A stretch of DNA of 64,000 nt from Candidatus Sulfotelmatobacter sp. (GCA_035485115.1 DATHOG010000003.1:3755-67754); one strand, 5' to 3'; counted from the first letter of the stretch, positions 1 through 9,822 are shown. Notes: generated from the letters alone by a model not told the origin. Program-made: numbers and translations.

Positions 1-570
1 TCCGGCAGCACGCCGATGAACCGACGCAAGGATGCCTTCCTCGCCGCTGCGAAAATGAGTTCAGAAATTTATAAGATCGCCGAACTCAGCGGCAATGGCG
101 TTTGCACGATTGGTTCCTGCACGACCAGGCCGGGCATTGTCACGAGCGTCGTCGAAGAATGCCGGATCACCTTGGACCAGCGCCATTTGGATTCCACTAA
201 ACTTGCAACCATGCTGGCCGGGGCCAAAGCTGCCAGCGAAAAATTTGCCCGCGAAGGTAATGTGAAAGTTTCGTGGGAGCGCCTCTGGCAGATCGCTCCG
301 CGTCCGTTCAATGACGAATTGATTTCATTCTGTGACGAGTCCATCCGGGAGACCTGCGGGAAATCGCATCGTCTGCCGAGCGGGCCGCTGCATGATGCAG
401 CGGAAGTTGCGGCGGCGGGAATTCCCACTGTGATGATGTTCGTCCAAAGTTTGCATGGCATCAGCCACAACAAGATTGAGGACACCAAGGAGGAACATCT
501 GGAACTGTGCGTCACCGCCTTTGACCGGCTGGCGGAAAAAACGATGCACTGGATCCATTCGCGTCGTTGA
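1..570 (+). CDS. C-terminal part of an M20-family amidohydrolase (allantoate amidohydrolase / N-carbamoyl-L-amino-acid hydrolase type); 5' end lies outside the window
   Basis: Frame 1 is open from base 1. The C-terminal block SGPLHDAAEVAAAGIPTVMMFVQSLHGISHNKIEDT resembles the conserved end of hydantoinase/carbamoylase-type amidases. Confidence 0.7.
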   Translation, partial: SGSTPMNRRKDAFLAAAKMSSEIYKIAELSGNGVCTIGSCTTRPGIVTSVVEECRITLDQRHLDSTKLATMLAGAKAASEKFAREGNVKVSWERLWQIAPRPFNDELISFCDESIRETCGKSHRLPSGPLHDAAEVAAAGIPTVMMFVQSLHGISHNKIEDTKEEHLELCVTAFDRLAEKTMHWIHSRR

Positions 571-673
571 GGGTGAAAAGGCAAAATATTGTACCACTCA
601 CTCTATCCCCCCCGTTCGGGGGGCTGGCCCAAGGCGTGAGATCTGGTAATGATTTAGTTTCCGGTCCGCCTTC

Positions 674-709
674 TTTGCGAAATTTGGCAATGCAAATGTC
701 GTTCGCAAA
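674..709. promoter_or_regulatory. Inverted repeat TTTGCGAA-N20-TTCGCAAA upstream of the GlcNAc operon; possible operator
   Basis: 8-bp perfect inverted arms at 674-681 and 702-709, about 120 bp upstream of the MFS start codon. No regulator gene is seen nearby. Confidence 0.2.
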
Positions 710-826
710 TTGACGCCGCGCACCGGCGTGGCTAGGATTCTCCCACCGACTTCCCGTCGATGGCATCGCACGGCGTCAGGTGCAAGGTGAATCGTATTCG
801 AGACGGCTGTAACACGGCTGCATTTT

Positions 827-2650
827 ATGAGCGAACAAATTTTGTCTGAAAACCAGTCCGCCAAAGCCGGCTACAACCGTTTCCTGCTGTTCGTGGCCGG
901 CCTGGGCGGGCTCCTGTTTGGCATCGATGTGGGCATTGTCTCCGGGGCGCTCCCATATTTGGAAGACACGTTCAAGGATGCAGCAACCAATACAACACTT
1001 ACTTCCAATCAAACTTCTTTCATCGTCGCGGCATTCTATCTGGGCGGAGTTTTTTCAACCCTTTTTGCAGGGATGCTCTCCGACTTGCTCGGGCGTAAAA
1101 CGATGATGGTTTTCAGTGGCATCCTATTTTCCATCAGCGTTCCCATCATCGCCTTGTCCCACAGCTACAACGCCCTGATCCTGGGCCGGATCTTGCAGGG
1201 ATGCAGCGGCGGGTTGATGGGCATCTCGGTCCCGCTATATCTGGCCGAATGTTTGAGCGCCGGCACACGCGGCAAGGGCACGGGTGTTTTCCAGTGGCTC
1301 CTTACGTTGGGCATTTTCGCTGCCGCGATCATCGGGTTTGTTTTCAGTGGAAAAGTGGACGCGGTGGCCAAGCTTGGCGATGCGCAAAGGCTCTTTGCGC
1401 TGAAAGATGCCGCCTGGCGCGGGATTTTTTGGGCGACGCTGGCACCGGGAATCGTTTTTGTTTTATTGGCTTTCATGGTTTCGGAATCGCCGCGCTGGCT
1501 TTTCCGCAAGGGAAAAAAAGATGCCGCCCGTACCGCGCTGTTGCGGTCGCGCACGGAAAGCCAGGCGGAGATCGAATTACGCGAGATGGAGGAAACCGCC
1601 GCCGCGGATAAAAATAAATCCTCGCAAGCGCTGGCAAACGATTCGCTCTTCCAGCGTAAATACATCCTGCCTTTCGTGCTGGCGTGCATCATCCTCGCTT
1701 GCAACCAGGCCACGGGTATCAACTCGGTCATCGGTTACAACACCACGATCTTTATCCAGGCCGGTCTCGGAGATTATGGGGCGCATGTCGGCGGCGTGAT
1801 ACAGACGGGCGTTAATTTTCTCGCGACCATTGTGGCCATCGCGCTGGTGGACAAAAGGGGTAGAAAATTTTTGCTCTCGCTCGGCCGCGCGGGGGTCATC
1901 ATTTCAATGCTCGCCGTCGGAATGGTTTTCAAAAAGGCCGAAGCTCAACGCGTGGATGTGAAGGACTTCGTGCAAACGATGGTCGTCGCCACCAACCAGA
2001 CGGCACAGATCACATTCGACGGCATCACCGAGGCGATGAATCGCACCGCCCTGCAGCCGGTCAAAACCGATTCCCGGCCGTGCACGCTGGTCGTGATCTA
2101 TTCCTACGGCGATTTTCGTGCCGCGTCCAAAGTCATCCGCTCCGACGATACGAATTCCAGTATTTCCATCGAGCGGGCGAGCTGCGTTCCCGCCGGGACC
2201 AGTGCGCTCACGAAAATTGCCACAACGATACAACATCCCTTCAGTGATCTGGGAAAATCCCGCACCGCGCCGTTAAAGATCGAGCATGCCATCATCACGC
2301 CCGTGCCGAGCGAGGCGAACGGCTGGCTTACGGCGATTTTGATCTACTGTTTCATGGCATCGTTCGCCGTCGGGCCGGGCGTGTGCGTCTGGCTGGCGCT
2401 GTCCGAGTTGATGCCCACGCGCATCCGCAGCAACGGCATGAGCTTCGCGCTGCTCATCAACATCGCCATTTCCACGACCATCGCGGCGATGTTTCTGCCG
2501 ACCGTGGGTGAATACGGTTACTCGGCCATGTTCTTCGTTTTCGCCGGCTGTACCGTGGTCTATTTTGTGACCGCAACTTTTTTCCTGCCGGAGACGAAGG
2601 GAAAAACTTTGGAAGAGATCGAAGAGCATTTTGAGGGTAAACATCGATGA
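827..2650 (+). CDS. MFS sugar-porter family transporter with a ~130 aa insertion in the TM9-TM10 loop
   Basis: Sugar-porter motifs are present: GRKTMM after TM2, PESPRWL, the QATGIN region and PETKGKTLEEIE at the C-terminus. At 607 aa it is longer than the typical ~460-480 aa. Confidence 0.85.
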   Translation: MSEQILSENQSAKAGYNRFLLFVAGLGGLLFGIDVGIVSGALPYLEDTFKDAATNTTLTSNQTSFIVAAFYLGGVFSTLFAGMLSDLLGRKTMMVFSGILFSISVPIIALSHSYNALILGRILQGCSGGLMGISVPLYLAECLSAGTRGKGTGVFQWLLTLGIFAAAIIGFVFSGKVDAVAKLGDAQRLFALKDAAWRGIFWATLAPGIVFVLLAFMVSESPRWLFRKGKKDAARTALLRSRTESQAEIELREMEETAAADKNKSSQALANDSLFQRKYILPFVLACIILACNQATGINSVIGYNTTIFIQAGLGDYGAHVGGVIQTGVNFLATIVAIALVDKRGRKFLLSLGRAGVIISMLAVGMVFKKAEAQRVDVKDFVQTMVVATNQTAQITFDGITEAMNRTALQPVKTDSRPCTLVVIYSYGDFRAASKVIRSDDTNSSISIERASCVPAGTSALTKIATTIQHPFSDLGKSRTAPLKIEHAIITPVPSEANGWLTAILIYCFMASFAVGPGVCVWLALSELMPTRIRSNGMSFALLINIAISTTIAAMFLPTVGEYGYSAMFFVFAGCTVVYFVTATFFLPETKGKTLEEIEEHFEGKHR

Positions 2651-4299
2651 AATTTATTTTGAAAACCATTTATTGTATCGCGGTTTTTTCTGCGGGTTGC
2701 GCGCTGGCCGGCGCCGCGGATGAAATTAACGTCATACCGCAGCCGCAAAGCGTGAAGATGCTGGCCGGCGAATTTGAGCTGACGCCGGAAACCAAAATCA
2801 CCTTCACCGAAGGCAAGTCGGAGGCAAATTTGCTCGCCGCTACGCTGCGAAAATCCACCGGCTATAAATTGCCCGTGAAGCCGGATACCGGTTCGCCGGC
2901 CGCGAGCGAAATAACTATTTTGGTGGACAGCAACCTGCTCGCAACGCTTGGAAGCGAGGGCTATGAACTATCTATCAGGCGGAATTGGATCAACATCACC
3001 GCCCCGACGACCGCGGGTCTGTTTTACGGCTCGCAAACGGTGCTGCAACTACTTCCGCCGGAAATCTTTTCAACGAACGTCGTGAAGGATTTCGATTGGA
3101 AAGTCCCTTGCGCCGATATTTCCGATTCCCCGCGTTTCGGCTGGCGCGGTTTCATGCTCGATGTCAGCCGTCATTTTTTCACGAAGGTGGAAGTTGAAAA
3201 GACTCTCGATTTGATGGCGCTCTACAAGTTGAACACGTTCCACTGGCATCTTGTGGATGACCAGGGCTGGCGCATCCAGATCAAAAAGTATCCGAAGCTC
3301 ACCTCGGTCGGCGCCTGGCGCAAGGGGGTCGATTGGGGGTTTCCCTCGAATTCCGCGACGGCGTACGACAAGCATGGACGGTACGGCGGTTTTTACACGC
3401 AGAAGGAAATCCGCGAGGTCGTGGCCTACGCCGCCGCGCGGCACATCACGATCGTTCCCGAGATCGAGATGCCCGGCCATTCGACCGCGGCGCTTGCGGC
3501 CTATCCGCAGTACAGTTGCACCGGCGGACCGTTTGACACCGACCACGATACCAGCGGCATGCACGGCATTTTCGACGTGAGCAATGAGGCGACTTACGTT
3601 TTTCTCGGCAATGTTTTGCGCGAGGTTTCAAAATTGTTCCCCGGCAAATTCATCCATATCGGCGGCGACGAAGTGCCGAAGGACACGTGGCACAATTCGC
3701 CCGCGTGCCAGGCGTTGATGAAAGCCCGGGGTTTGAAGAATGAAAAAGAGTTGCAGGCGTATTTTACGGCACGCATCGAGAAGATCGTCAACGGTTACGG
3801 CAAAAACATCATCGGCTGGAGCGAGATCCGCGAGGGCGGCCTGACGCCGAGCGCGGCGCTTATGGATTGGATCGGCGGCGGGGCGGAATCTGCCTCGAGC
3901 GGCCACGATGTCGTGATGACGCCGACCAAGTACTGTTACTTTGACCATTACCAATCCACCAATCGTGCCATCGAGCCCAAGGCCATCGGCTACAAAGAGG
4001 CAAAACCTTCTGTCCTGACGCTGGAAAAAGTTTATGAATTTGATCCCATCCCGACCAACGTGCCGGCGGAATATCAATCTCGTATTCTCGGCGGCCAGGC
4101 AAACCTGTGGGCGGAATACGTTCCCAATTTTCGTCACGCCGAATACATGATGTTTCCGCGCCTTGGCGCGCTGGCCGAGGCCGACTGGTCTCCCAAGGAC
4201 ACTCGCGACTGGGATAATTTCAAAGCTCGTACCGCCGTCAATGAGAAGCGTCTCGATGCGATGGGCGTGAATTATCGTCCGCTTTCGACACCTCAGTGA
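2647..4299 (+). CDS. Secreted GH20 beta-N-acetylhexosaminidase
   Basis: Signal peptide, then GH20 blocks GWRGFMLDVSRHFF, HWHLVDDQGWR, PEIEMPGHS and HIGGDEV. The ATGA start overlaps the MFS stop. Confidence 0.9.
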   Translation: MKFILKTIYCIAVFSAGCALAGAADEINVIPQPQSVKMLAGEFELTPETKITFTEGKSEANLLAATLRKSTGYKLPVKPDTGSPAASEITILVDSNLLATLGSEGYELSIRRNWINITAPTTAGLFYGSQTVLQLLPPEIFSTNVVKDFDWKVPCADISDSPRFGWRGFMLDVSRHFFTKVEVEKTLDLMALYKLNTFHWHLVDDQGWRIQIKKYPKLTSVGAWRKGVDWGFPSNSATAYDKHGRYGGFYTQKEIREVVAYAAARHITIVPEIEMPGHSTAALAAYPQYSCTGGPFDTDHDTSGMHGIFDVSNEATYVFLGNVLREVSKLFPGKFIHIGGDEVPKDTWHNSPACQALMKARGLKNEKELQAYFTARIEKIVNGYGKNIIGWSEIREGGLTPSAALMDWIGGGAESASSGHDVVMTPTKYCYFDHYQSTNRAIEPKAIGYKEAKPSVLTLEKVYEFDPIPTNVPAEYQSRILGGQANLWAEYVPNFRHAEYMMFPRLGALAEADWSPKDTRDWDNFKARTAVNEKRLDAMGVNYRPLSTPQ

Positions 4300-4300
4300 A

Positions 4301-5677
4301 ATGAATTCGATCATGGAAAAGTTCCCCGCGCCGCTGGATGAAAATTTTCAACCGGCGGTGTTGTTCAATCGCAACTACGTCGCAGCCGCCAAAAAATCCG
4401 GGCGCGCCGTGCCGCTGGTCATCGGGCTGGAGCGCGAAAACAAACTGGTCTCACGCTTCGAAACGGCGGTGATGCCGGATGCCGACGCGGTGACCTTGCG
4501 CTATGTCGAAAGGCTGGTGAAATTTTTGTTGTGGGCCTGGGGCGGCGGAAAACTCTACATCGGCGGACCAAAAAAAATCGGCATGGCCATCGCCAAAATC
4601 TATTCGCCGCGTGGCGCGCGAAAGTTTGACTTTGAGATGATGACGCTCGCCTACGCGAAAAAGTTTTCCGTCGTGGTCACCACGCCGGAAAAGGTCCCGG
4701 TGGCGAAGGAATCCAAGATCGCGGCGGGCGGGCATCTCAAAGGCTGCCGCATCGGTTTTGATCTTGGCGCGAGCGACTACAAATTTTCCGCCGTGATCGA
4801 TGGCAACGCCGTTTATACCGACGAGGTGCCGTGGGATCCGAAGACCCAGGCAAATCCTGAATATCATTATCATCACATCGTCAGCGGCCTGCATCGCGCG
4901 GCGGCGTATCTGCCGCGCGTGGATGCCATCGGCGGCAGTTCCGCGGGTATCATCGTGGACAACGAAATCCGCGTGGCGTCACTGCTGCGCGCGATTCCAA
5001 AAAAAGATTTTCCGCGTGCGGCCAAGGTTTTCAAACGCATCCAGCGCGAGTGGAATGTGCCGGTGCAGGTGATGAATGACGGTGACGTGACCGCGCTCGC
5101 GGGAGCGTTGTCGCTTGGCGCCAGCGGCATGCTCGGCATCGCCATGGGTTCGAGCCAGGCGGCGGGATTCATGGACAAGCACGGGCGGATTCCCGGATGG
5201 CTGAATGAACTCGCATTCGTGCCCGTGGACATGAATCCGGAGGCGGCGGAGGACGAATGGTCTCGTGACCGGGGCACAGGCGTGATGTATTTCTCGCAGC
5301 AGGCCGTGAACAAGCTTTTGCGGGCCGCAAAGATTACGCTGCCGGAAAAAATGGGTTTGCCGGAGCGCCTGAAGGAAGTCCAAAATCTTATGGCCAAGGG
5401 TGACGACCGCGCCGCGCGGATTTACGAAACGGTCGGCATCTATCTCGGCTGTGCGCTGGCGCAATATACGGAATTTTATGACTATCAGTCGGCGCTGATT
5501 CTTGGCCGGGTGACGACCGGCAAGGGCGGCGATATCGTGATCGCCAAGGCGCACGAAGTTTTGAAGAAGCATTTCCCGGAGGTCGCGCGCAAGATCGAGA
5601 TCCGCGTGCCGGACGAAAAGTCTCGGCGCGTCGGTCAGGCGGTGGCGGCGGCGAGTCTGCCGGCCATTAGAAAATAA
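4301..5677 (+). CDS. ROK-like / ASKHA-fold sugar kinase (putative GlcNAc or GlcN kinase) with a long N-terminal extension
   Basis: GFDLGASDYKF (DxGxT-like phosphate-1 motif) and GIAMGSSQAAGF (ROK-like glycine-rich block). It lacks the ROK zinc motif. Operon context is with GH20 and nagB. Confidence 0.55.
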   Translation: MNSIMEKFPAPLDENFQPAVLFNRNYVAAAKKSGRAVPLVIGLERENKLVSRFETAVMPDADAVTLRYVERLVKFLLWAWGGGKLYIGGPKKIGMAIAKIYSPRGARKFDFEMMTLAYAKKFSVVVTTPEKVPVAKESKIAAGGHLKGCRIGFDLGASDYKFSAVIDGNAVYTDEVPWDPKTQANPEYHYHHIVSGLHRAAAYLPRVDAIGGSSAGIIVDNEIRVASLLRAIPKKDFPRAAKVFKRIQREWNVPVQVMNDGDVTALAGALSLGASGMLGIAMGSSQAAGFMDKHGRIPGWLNELAFVPVDMNPEAAEDEWSRDRGTGVMYFSQQAVNKLLRAAKITLPEKMGLPERLKEVQNLMAKGDDRAARIYETVGIYLGCALAQYTEFYDYQSALILGRVTTGKGGDIVIAKAHEVLKKHFPEVARKIEIRVPDEKSRRVGQAVAAASLPAIRK

Positions 5678-5678
5678 A

Positions 5679-6536
5679 ATGAAATTCCAGAATCCAACGG
5701 CGGAAATCTACATTCCCGACGGCAAATCCGTTGCTCCGGCCTTGCGGAGGGTGACGCATCTGGGCGTCGGCGCGCATCAAGACGACCTGGAGTTCAAGGC
5801 GTTCCACGGAATTTTGGAGGGCAAGGCCGGCAAATCAAAATGGTTCGGCGGCGTGACCTGCACGAACGGCGCGGGCAGCGCCCGCACCGGCAAGTACAGG
5901 AAATTTTCCGATGACCAGATGATGGCGGTCCGCCGCAAGGAGCAGAACCAGGCGGCAAAACTGGGCGGCTATGGCGCGATGATCCAGTTGGATTATCCGA
6001 GCGGTGCGGTAAAAAGCGCGACGGATGTCTCGTTGAAGGAAGATCTGAAGCAAATTTTTTCGGCGACGAAAACGGAGGTGGTTTACACGCACAATCTGGC
6101 CGACAAACACGACACACACATCGGCGTGGTGGTGGCCGTGATCCAGGCATTGCGCGAACTGCCGAAAAGCAAACTGCCGAAACGCGTCGTCGGCTGCGAG
6201 GTTTGGCGCAACCTTGACTGGCTCGCCGACCCGAAGAAAGTGGTGATGGACGTAAGCGGTCATGACCGGCTGGCGGCGAAGATGAACGGCATGTTCGATT
6301 CGCAAATCGCCGGCGGCAAGCGTTATGATCTGGCGACGCTGGGACGGCGTTCCGCCAACGCAACGTTCTTTGATTCGCATTCCACGGACAAGGCGACACA
6401 GGTGATCTTTGGCATGGACCTGACGCCGCTGATCCAGAATCCCGCGCTCGATCTCGCTGATTTCACGGCCGGCTTCATCGAGGAGTTCCGCGATGACGTG
6501 AAATCAAAGGTGAACAAGCGTCTTGGAAAGATTTAA
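5679..6536 (+). CDS. PIG-L / LmbE-family N-deacetylase
   Basis: HLGVGAHQDDLEF matches the (A/P)H(P)DD metal-binding signature of the PIG-L family. It starts 1 nt after the kinase stop. Confidence 0.7.
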   Translation: MKFQNPTAEIYIPDGKSVAPALRRVTHLGVGAHQDDLEFKAFHGILEGKAGKSKWFGGVTCTNGAGSARTGKYRKFSDDQMMAVRRKEQNQAAKLGGYGAMIQLDYPSGAVKSATDVSLKEDLKQIFSATKTEVVYTHNLADKHDTHIGVVVAVIQALRELPKSKLPKRVVGCEVWRNLDWLADPKKVVMDVSGHDRLAAKMNGMFDSQIAGGKRYDLATLGRRSANATFFDSHSTDKATQVIFGMDLTPLIQNPALDLADFTAGFIEEFRDDVKSKVNKRLGKI

Positions 6537-6539
6537 TCC

Positions 6540-7310
6540 ATGGAAATCATCATTCAACCCACGGCGGAGGCGGCGACAAAAATCGCCTCCCGGCTTGTCG
6601 CGAAGCTGATCAATGAAAAGCCCGCCGCCGTGCTCGGCCTGGCCACCGGCGGCACGATGGAAAATCTTTACCGCGAACTCGTCGCCCAGAAACTCAACTG
6701 GAGCAAGCTGACGACGTTCAATCTGGACGAATACGTGGGCCTGTCGCCGCAGCACCCGCAATCGTATCACAGCTTCATGTGGGAAAACCTTTTCCGCCAT
6801 GTGAACATCGCGATCAAAAGCGTGAATATTCCCGACGGGCTCGCGAAGGATATTCCTGCCGCCTGCGAAAATTACGAGCGCAAGATTTCAGCCGCCAGTG
6901 GGCTCGACATCCAGCTTCTCGGCATCGGCACGGACGGGCATATCGGTTTCAACGAACCGACGTCTTCATTTGCCTCACGCACGCGCATCAAGACGCTCAC
7001 GCCGCAGACGCTGGCGGACAACGCGCGATTTTTCGGCAATGAGTCCGCCGTGCCGCATCATGTCATCACCATGGGCATCGGCACGATTTTGGAATCACGC
7101 CATTGCGTGCTGCTGGCGTTCGGCAAAAACAAGGCCCACGCCGTCGCCGGCATGGTCGAGGGTGCCATCACGGCGATGAATCCGGCGAGCGCGCTGCAAT
7201 GGCATCCCAAGGTGACGGTTTTTCTCGACGAGGCCTCGGCATCCGAATTGAAGATGCAGGAGTATTATCGCTGGGTTTACGACCAAAAACCGGACTGGCA
7301 GAAGATTTAG
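6540..7310 (+). CDS. nagB: Glucosamine-6-phosphate deaminase
   Basis: GLATGGTMENLY and LLGIGTDGHIGFNEP signature blocks; 256 aa. Confidence 0.92.
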   Translation: MEIIIQPTAEAATKIASRLVAKLINEKPAAVLGLATGGTMENLYRELVAQKLNWSKLTTFNLDEYVGLSPQHPQSYHSFMWENLFRHVNIAIKSVNIPDGLAKDIPAACENYERKISAASGLDIQLLGIGTDGHIGFNEPTSSFASRTRIKTLTPQTLADNARFFGNESAVPHHVITMGIGTILESRHCVLLAFGKNKAHAVAGMVEGAITAMNPASALQWHPKVTVFLDEASASELKMQEYYRWVYDQKPDWQKI

Positions 7311-7464
7311 GTGCTTTTATTCGGTTCTTCGCTGTTTTTGCTGGAATGCCTGATAGGAACTAAACCGTCCGGAGTTGCCTTATTTAAACTTCAAGCGAAC
7401 AACTACAATTTGCGCAGAACCTTCCATCAATGAACTATTATAATATTATAACCGGTAATAAAAA

Positions 7465-7510
7465 CACATACCCGCATTGATGCCGTGCAATGCGGGTATG
7501 TGAATTTTAT
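7465..7510. terminator. Strong hairpin, probably an intrinsic terminator (T-run on the minus strand, weaker on plus)
   Basis: The 15-bp stem cacatacccgcattg / caatgcgggtatgtg (7465-7479 / 7488-7502) is followed on the minus strand by TTTTTATTA and on the plus strand by AATTTTA. It lies between convergent nagB and the epimerase gene. Confidence 0.55.
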
Positions 7511-7693
7511 AGATTGCCGACTGGTTTGTCGAGTCAGTAATGCGACGGATGTAATGCGATGGGTGGCATCGCGGACAATACAGGCGATGACTCAATGAAG
7601 TCCGTCTGCTGGAAACCCGCCGGAACGCCATTTTTCAGTCCTTACAGAATGGCTTTGTAAAACCATCGCTCCACCGAAAACAGCGGGAACCTT

Positions 7694-8671
7694 TTATTCT
7701 GCCGTAATGCGGATGATTTCCTGCAATTTCGTCCGCGGTTTGAAGTTCACAAAGCGTTCCAGTTTTTCCACGCGTGGTTTGCGACGGCGCATGTCATCGA
7801 AACCGGGCGCGTAGGCCTGATCGTACGGGATCAATTCAATCTTTGACCGGGACCCGAGGGTTTTGACCACGAGTTTTGCCAATTCCAGGATGGACACTTC
7901 CTCCGTGCCGCCGATGTTGAAGATTTCACCGCGCGCCTTTTGGTTTTTTTGCAGACGCACAAGTGATTCCACCACGTCATGAACGAGGCAAAAGCAGCGC
8001 GACTGTTTGCCGTCACCGAACACCCTGAGGGGTTTGCCGGCCCTGGCCGAGGCGATGAATCGCGGCAGCACCATGCCATAACTGCCGGTTTGGCGCGGGC
8101 CGACGGTGTTGAACAACCGCGCGATGATGACCGGCAGGTTCTTTTCGCGCGCACAGGCCAGCGCCAGAAACTCGTCCGTGAGTTTCGCGTTGGCGTAACT
8201 CCAGCGCGATTGTGTCGGCGGGCCGATGAGCAGGTCATCCTCCTCGGAGAATTCCGCCTTGGCACTTTTGCCATAAACCTCCGAGGTCGAGGTTAGCAGG
8301 ATCGGCGTGGAATTGGCCACGGCGGCGCGAAGCAAAATTTCCGTCTCATGAAAGCTGGATTCCAAAACATGCAGCGCTGATTTGACGACCAGTTCCACGC
8401 CGACGGTTGCGGCGAGGTGAAAGATGAATTCCGCATTTTTCGCGAGCGCGGGTAGATTTTTGCATTTGGAAATTTTTGATCGGATGATCTTCAGTCGCGG
8501 GTTTTCCCGAAAGGTGCGCAAATTGTCCATGCTGCCGGTTGAAAAATCATCAATAATGATAACGCTTTTGCCGTCGTTCAATAAACGCTCAACGAGATGG
8601 GAGCCGATAAATCCAGCGCCGCCGGTTACCAGGACAAATGAGGATGGAGAAATGATGGTTGATGATTTCAC
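7694..8671 (-). CDS. SDR-family NAD-dependent nucleotide-sugar epimerase/dehydratase (UDP-glucuronate decarboxylase-like)
   Basis: VLVTGGAGFIGSHLVERLL Rossmann motif, YANAKLTDE (YxxxK) and a GDGKQSRCF block. Confidence 0.85.
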   Translation of the reverse strand: MKSSTIISPSSFVLVTGGAGFIGSHLVERLLNDGKSVIIIDDFSTGSMDNLRTFRENPRLKIIRSKISKCKNLPALAKNAEFIFHLAATVGVELVVKSALHVLESSFHETEILLRAAVANSTPILLTSTSEVYGKSAKAEFSEEDDLLIGPPTQSRWSYANAKLTDEFLALACAREKNLPVIIARLFNTVGPRQTGSYGMVLPRFIASARAGKPLRVFGDGKQSRCFCLVHDVVESLVRLQKNQKARGEIFNIGGTEEVSILELAKLVVKTLGSRSKIELIPYDQAYAPGFDDMRRRKPRVEKLERFVNFKPRTKLQEIIRITAE

Positions 8672-9822
8672 GGGGCGTTGGTGACGGCGGATTTTAGACT
8701 TTGGACCCTGGCTTCGGCCAGTGCATTTGCGACGGCTTCCGCAAGCTTTTGACGGAACCCGGCGTCTTCAACTTTTTTCGCTTCCGCCGGATTCGACAAA
8801 AAGCCGCCTTCAATCAGGATGGCCGGGTGGCGGTTACCGTGCAACACGCCCATGAACCGTGCGCGGCGCACACCGCGGTCGTCCTCGCCGCTGGCGCGTA
8901 GCACGGCGGCGTGCAGGCGCATCGCGAGCTGGAAATTTTCCTCGTCAAAGGCGTTGTTGGGAAACCACTGCGGCGTGAAATCAGGATTGCCGCGCGTGAG
9001 CGTCGAGGGCATGCCTTGCGGCGTGAGACAGTAGGTTTCGAGGCCGTTTTCCTTTTTGTCCGGCGCGGCGGAATTGAAATGGAGGCTGACAAACAGATCC
9101 GCGTGACGGGCTTCCGCGAACGCGACGCGGTTGGACAGCGACACGTCAAAGTCAGTGGTGCGGGTAAGGTAAACCGTCCAGCCGTTCGTTTCCAAAAGCG
9201 GTTTCAGACGTCGCGCCCAATCCAGAGTAAGGTCTTTTTCCAATTGATGGTCATTCACGGCAATCGTACCTGCGTTGGCACCGCCATGGCCCGGGTCGAT
9301 GACAATGACGCGGTTCGTGCCGGGAAAAGCCAATGGCGGGTCGGTGAGCAGCGGTTCGAAATTTTTTCTCAAGTCGAGGCCGTGGACGGCAACCTGTCCG
9401 TCAATGAACTCCGGCGCGAAGCCCAGATGGAACGTGACGCCATTCCAGGTGGCTTCGCGGCTGCCGATGGCGAGCACGAGGACGCCCTGTCTGGAACTCA
9501 CCGAATAGGTTGTGAGCGGCGATTTAGTGAGGAGCAATGGCTCCGAAAGTTTTTGTTCCGCAGTCCAGTTATTGAGCGACGTGTAAGCGTAAATGATCGG
9601 GGGCTTGGAAGGCCTTGGCGGCGGCAGATTCGTGCGGACCATCGGGGCATTGGTTTTTGCGACCGTCGGGATCGGTTGCCAGGGCACGTTTGTTTTCAGC
9701 AGGGGCACGGAATTCGTCAATGACCATTCCTGCGGCGGCGGCTCGGTCGGCGATTCGCAGCCCGCGACAAAAAACAGCAACGCGAGGCTGAAAAGGATTC
9801 CGGCGGATTTGAACACGCGCAT
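8668..9822 (-). CDS. N-acetylmuramoyl-L-alanine amidase (Amidase_3) lipoprotein
   Basis: Lipobox LFFVAGC, then VIDPGHGGANAGT, LFVSLHFNSA and ILIEGGFLSNPAEAKK blocks. Its stop overlaps the epimerase start by 4 nt. Confidence 0.85.
   Translation of the reverse strand: MRVFKSAGILFSLALLFFVAGCESPTEPPPQEWSLTNSVPLLKTNVPWQPIPTVAKTNAPMVRTNLPPPRPSKPPIIYAYTSLNNWTAEQKLSEPLLLTKSPLTTYSVSSRQGVLVLAIGSREATWNGVTFHLGFAPEFIDGQVAVHGLDLRKNFEPLLTDPPLAFPGTNRVIVIDPGHGGANAGTIAVNDHQLEKDLTLDWARRLKPLLETNGWTVYLTRTTDFDVSLSNRVAFAEARHADLFVSLHFNSAAPDKKENGLETYCLTPQGMPSTLTRGNPDFTPQWFPNNAFDEENFQLAMRLHAAVLRASGEDDRGVRRARFMGVLHGNRHPAILIEGGFLSNPAEAKKVEDAGFRQKLAEAVANALAEARVQSLKSAVTNAP

Noticed and set aside
16-570. ATG at position 16 as the true start of the first gene
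   Set aside because: The frame is open to base 1 and the encoded part corresponds only to the C-terminal third of M20 amidases. The gene is truncated by the window edge.
8911-9723. 270-aa plus-strand ORF
   Set aside because: It is antisense to the amidase gene, which has the Amidase_3 motifs.
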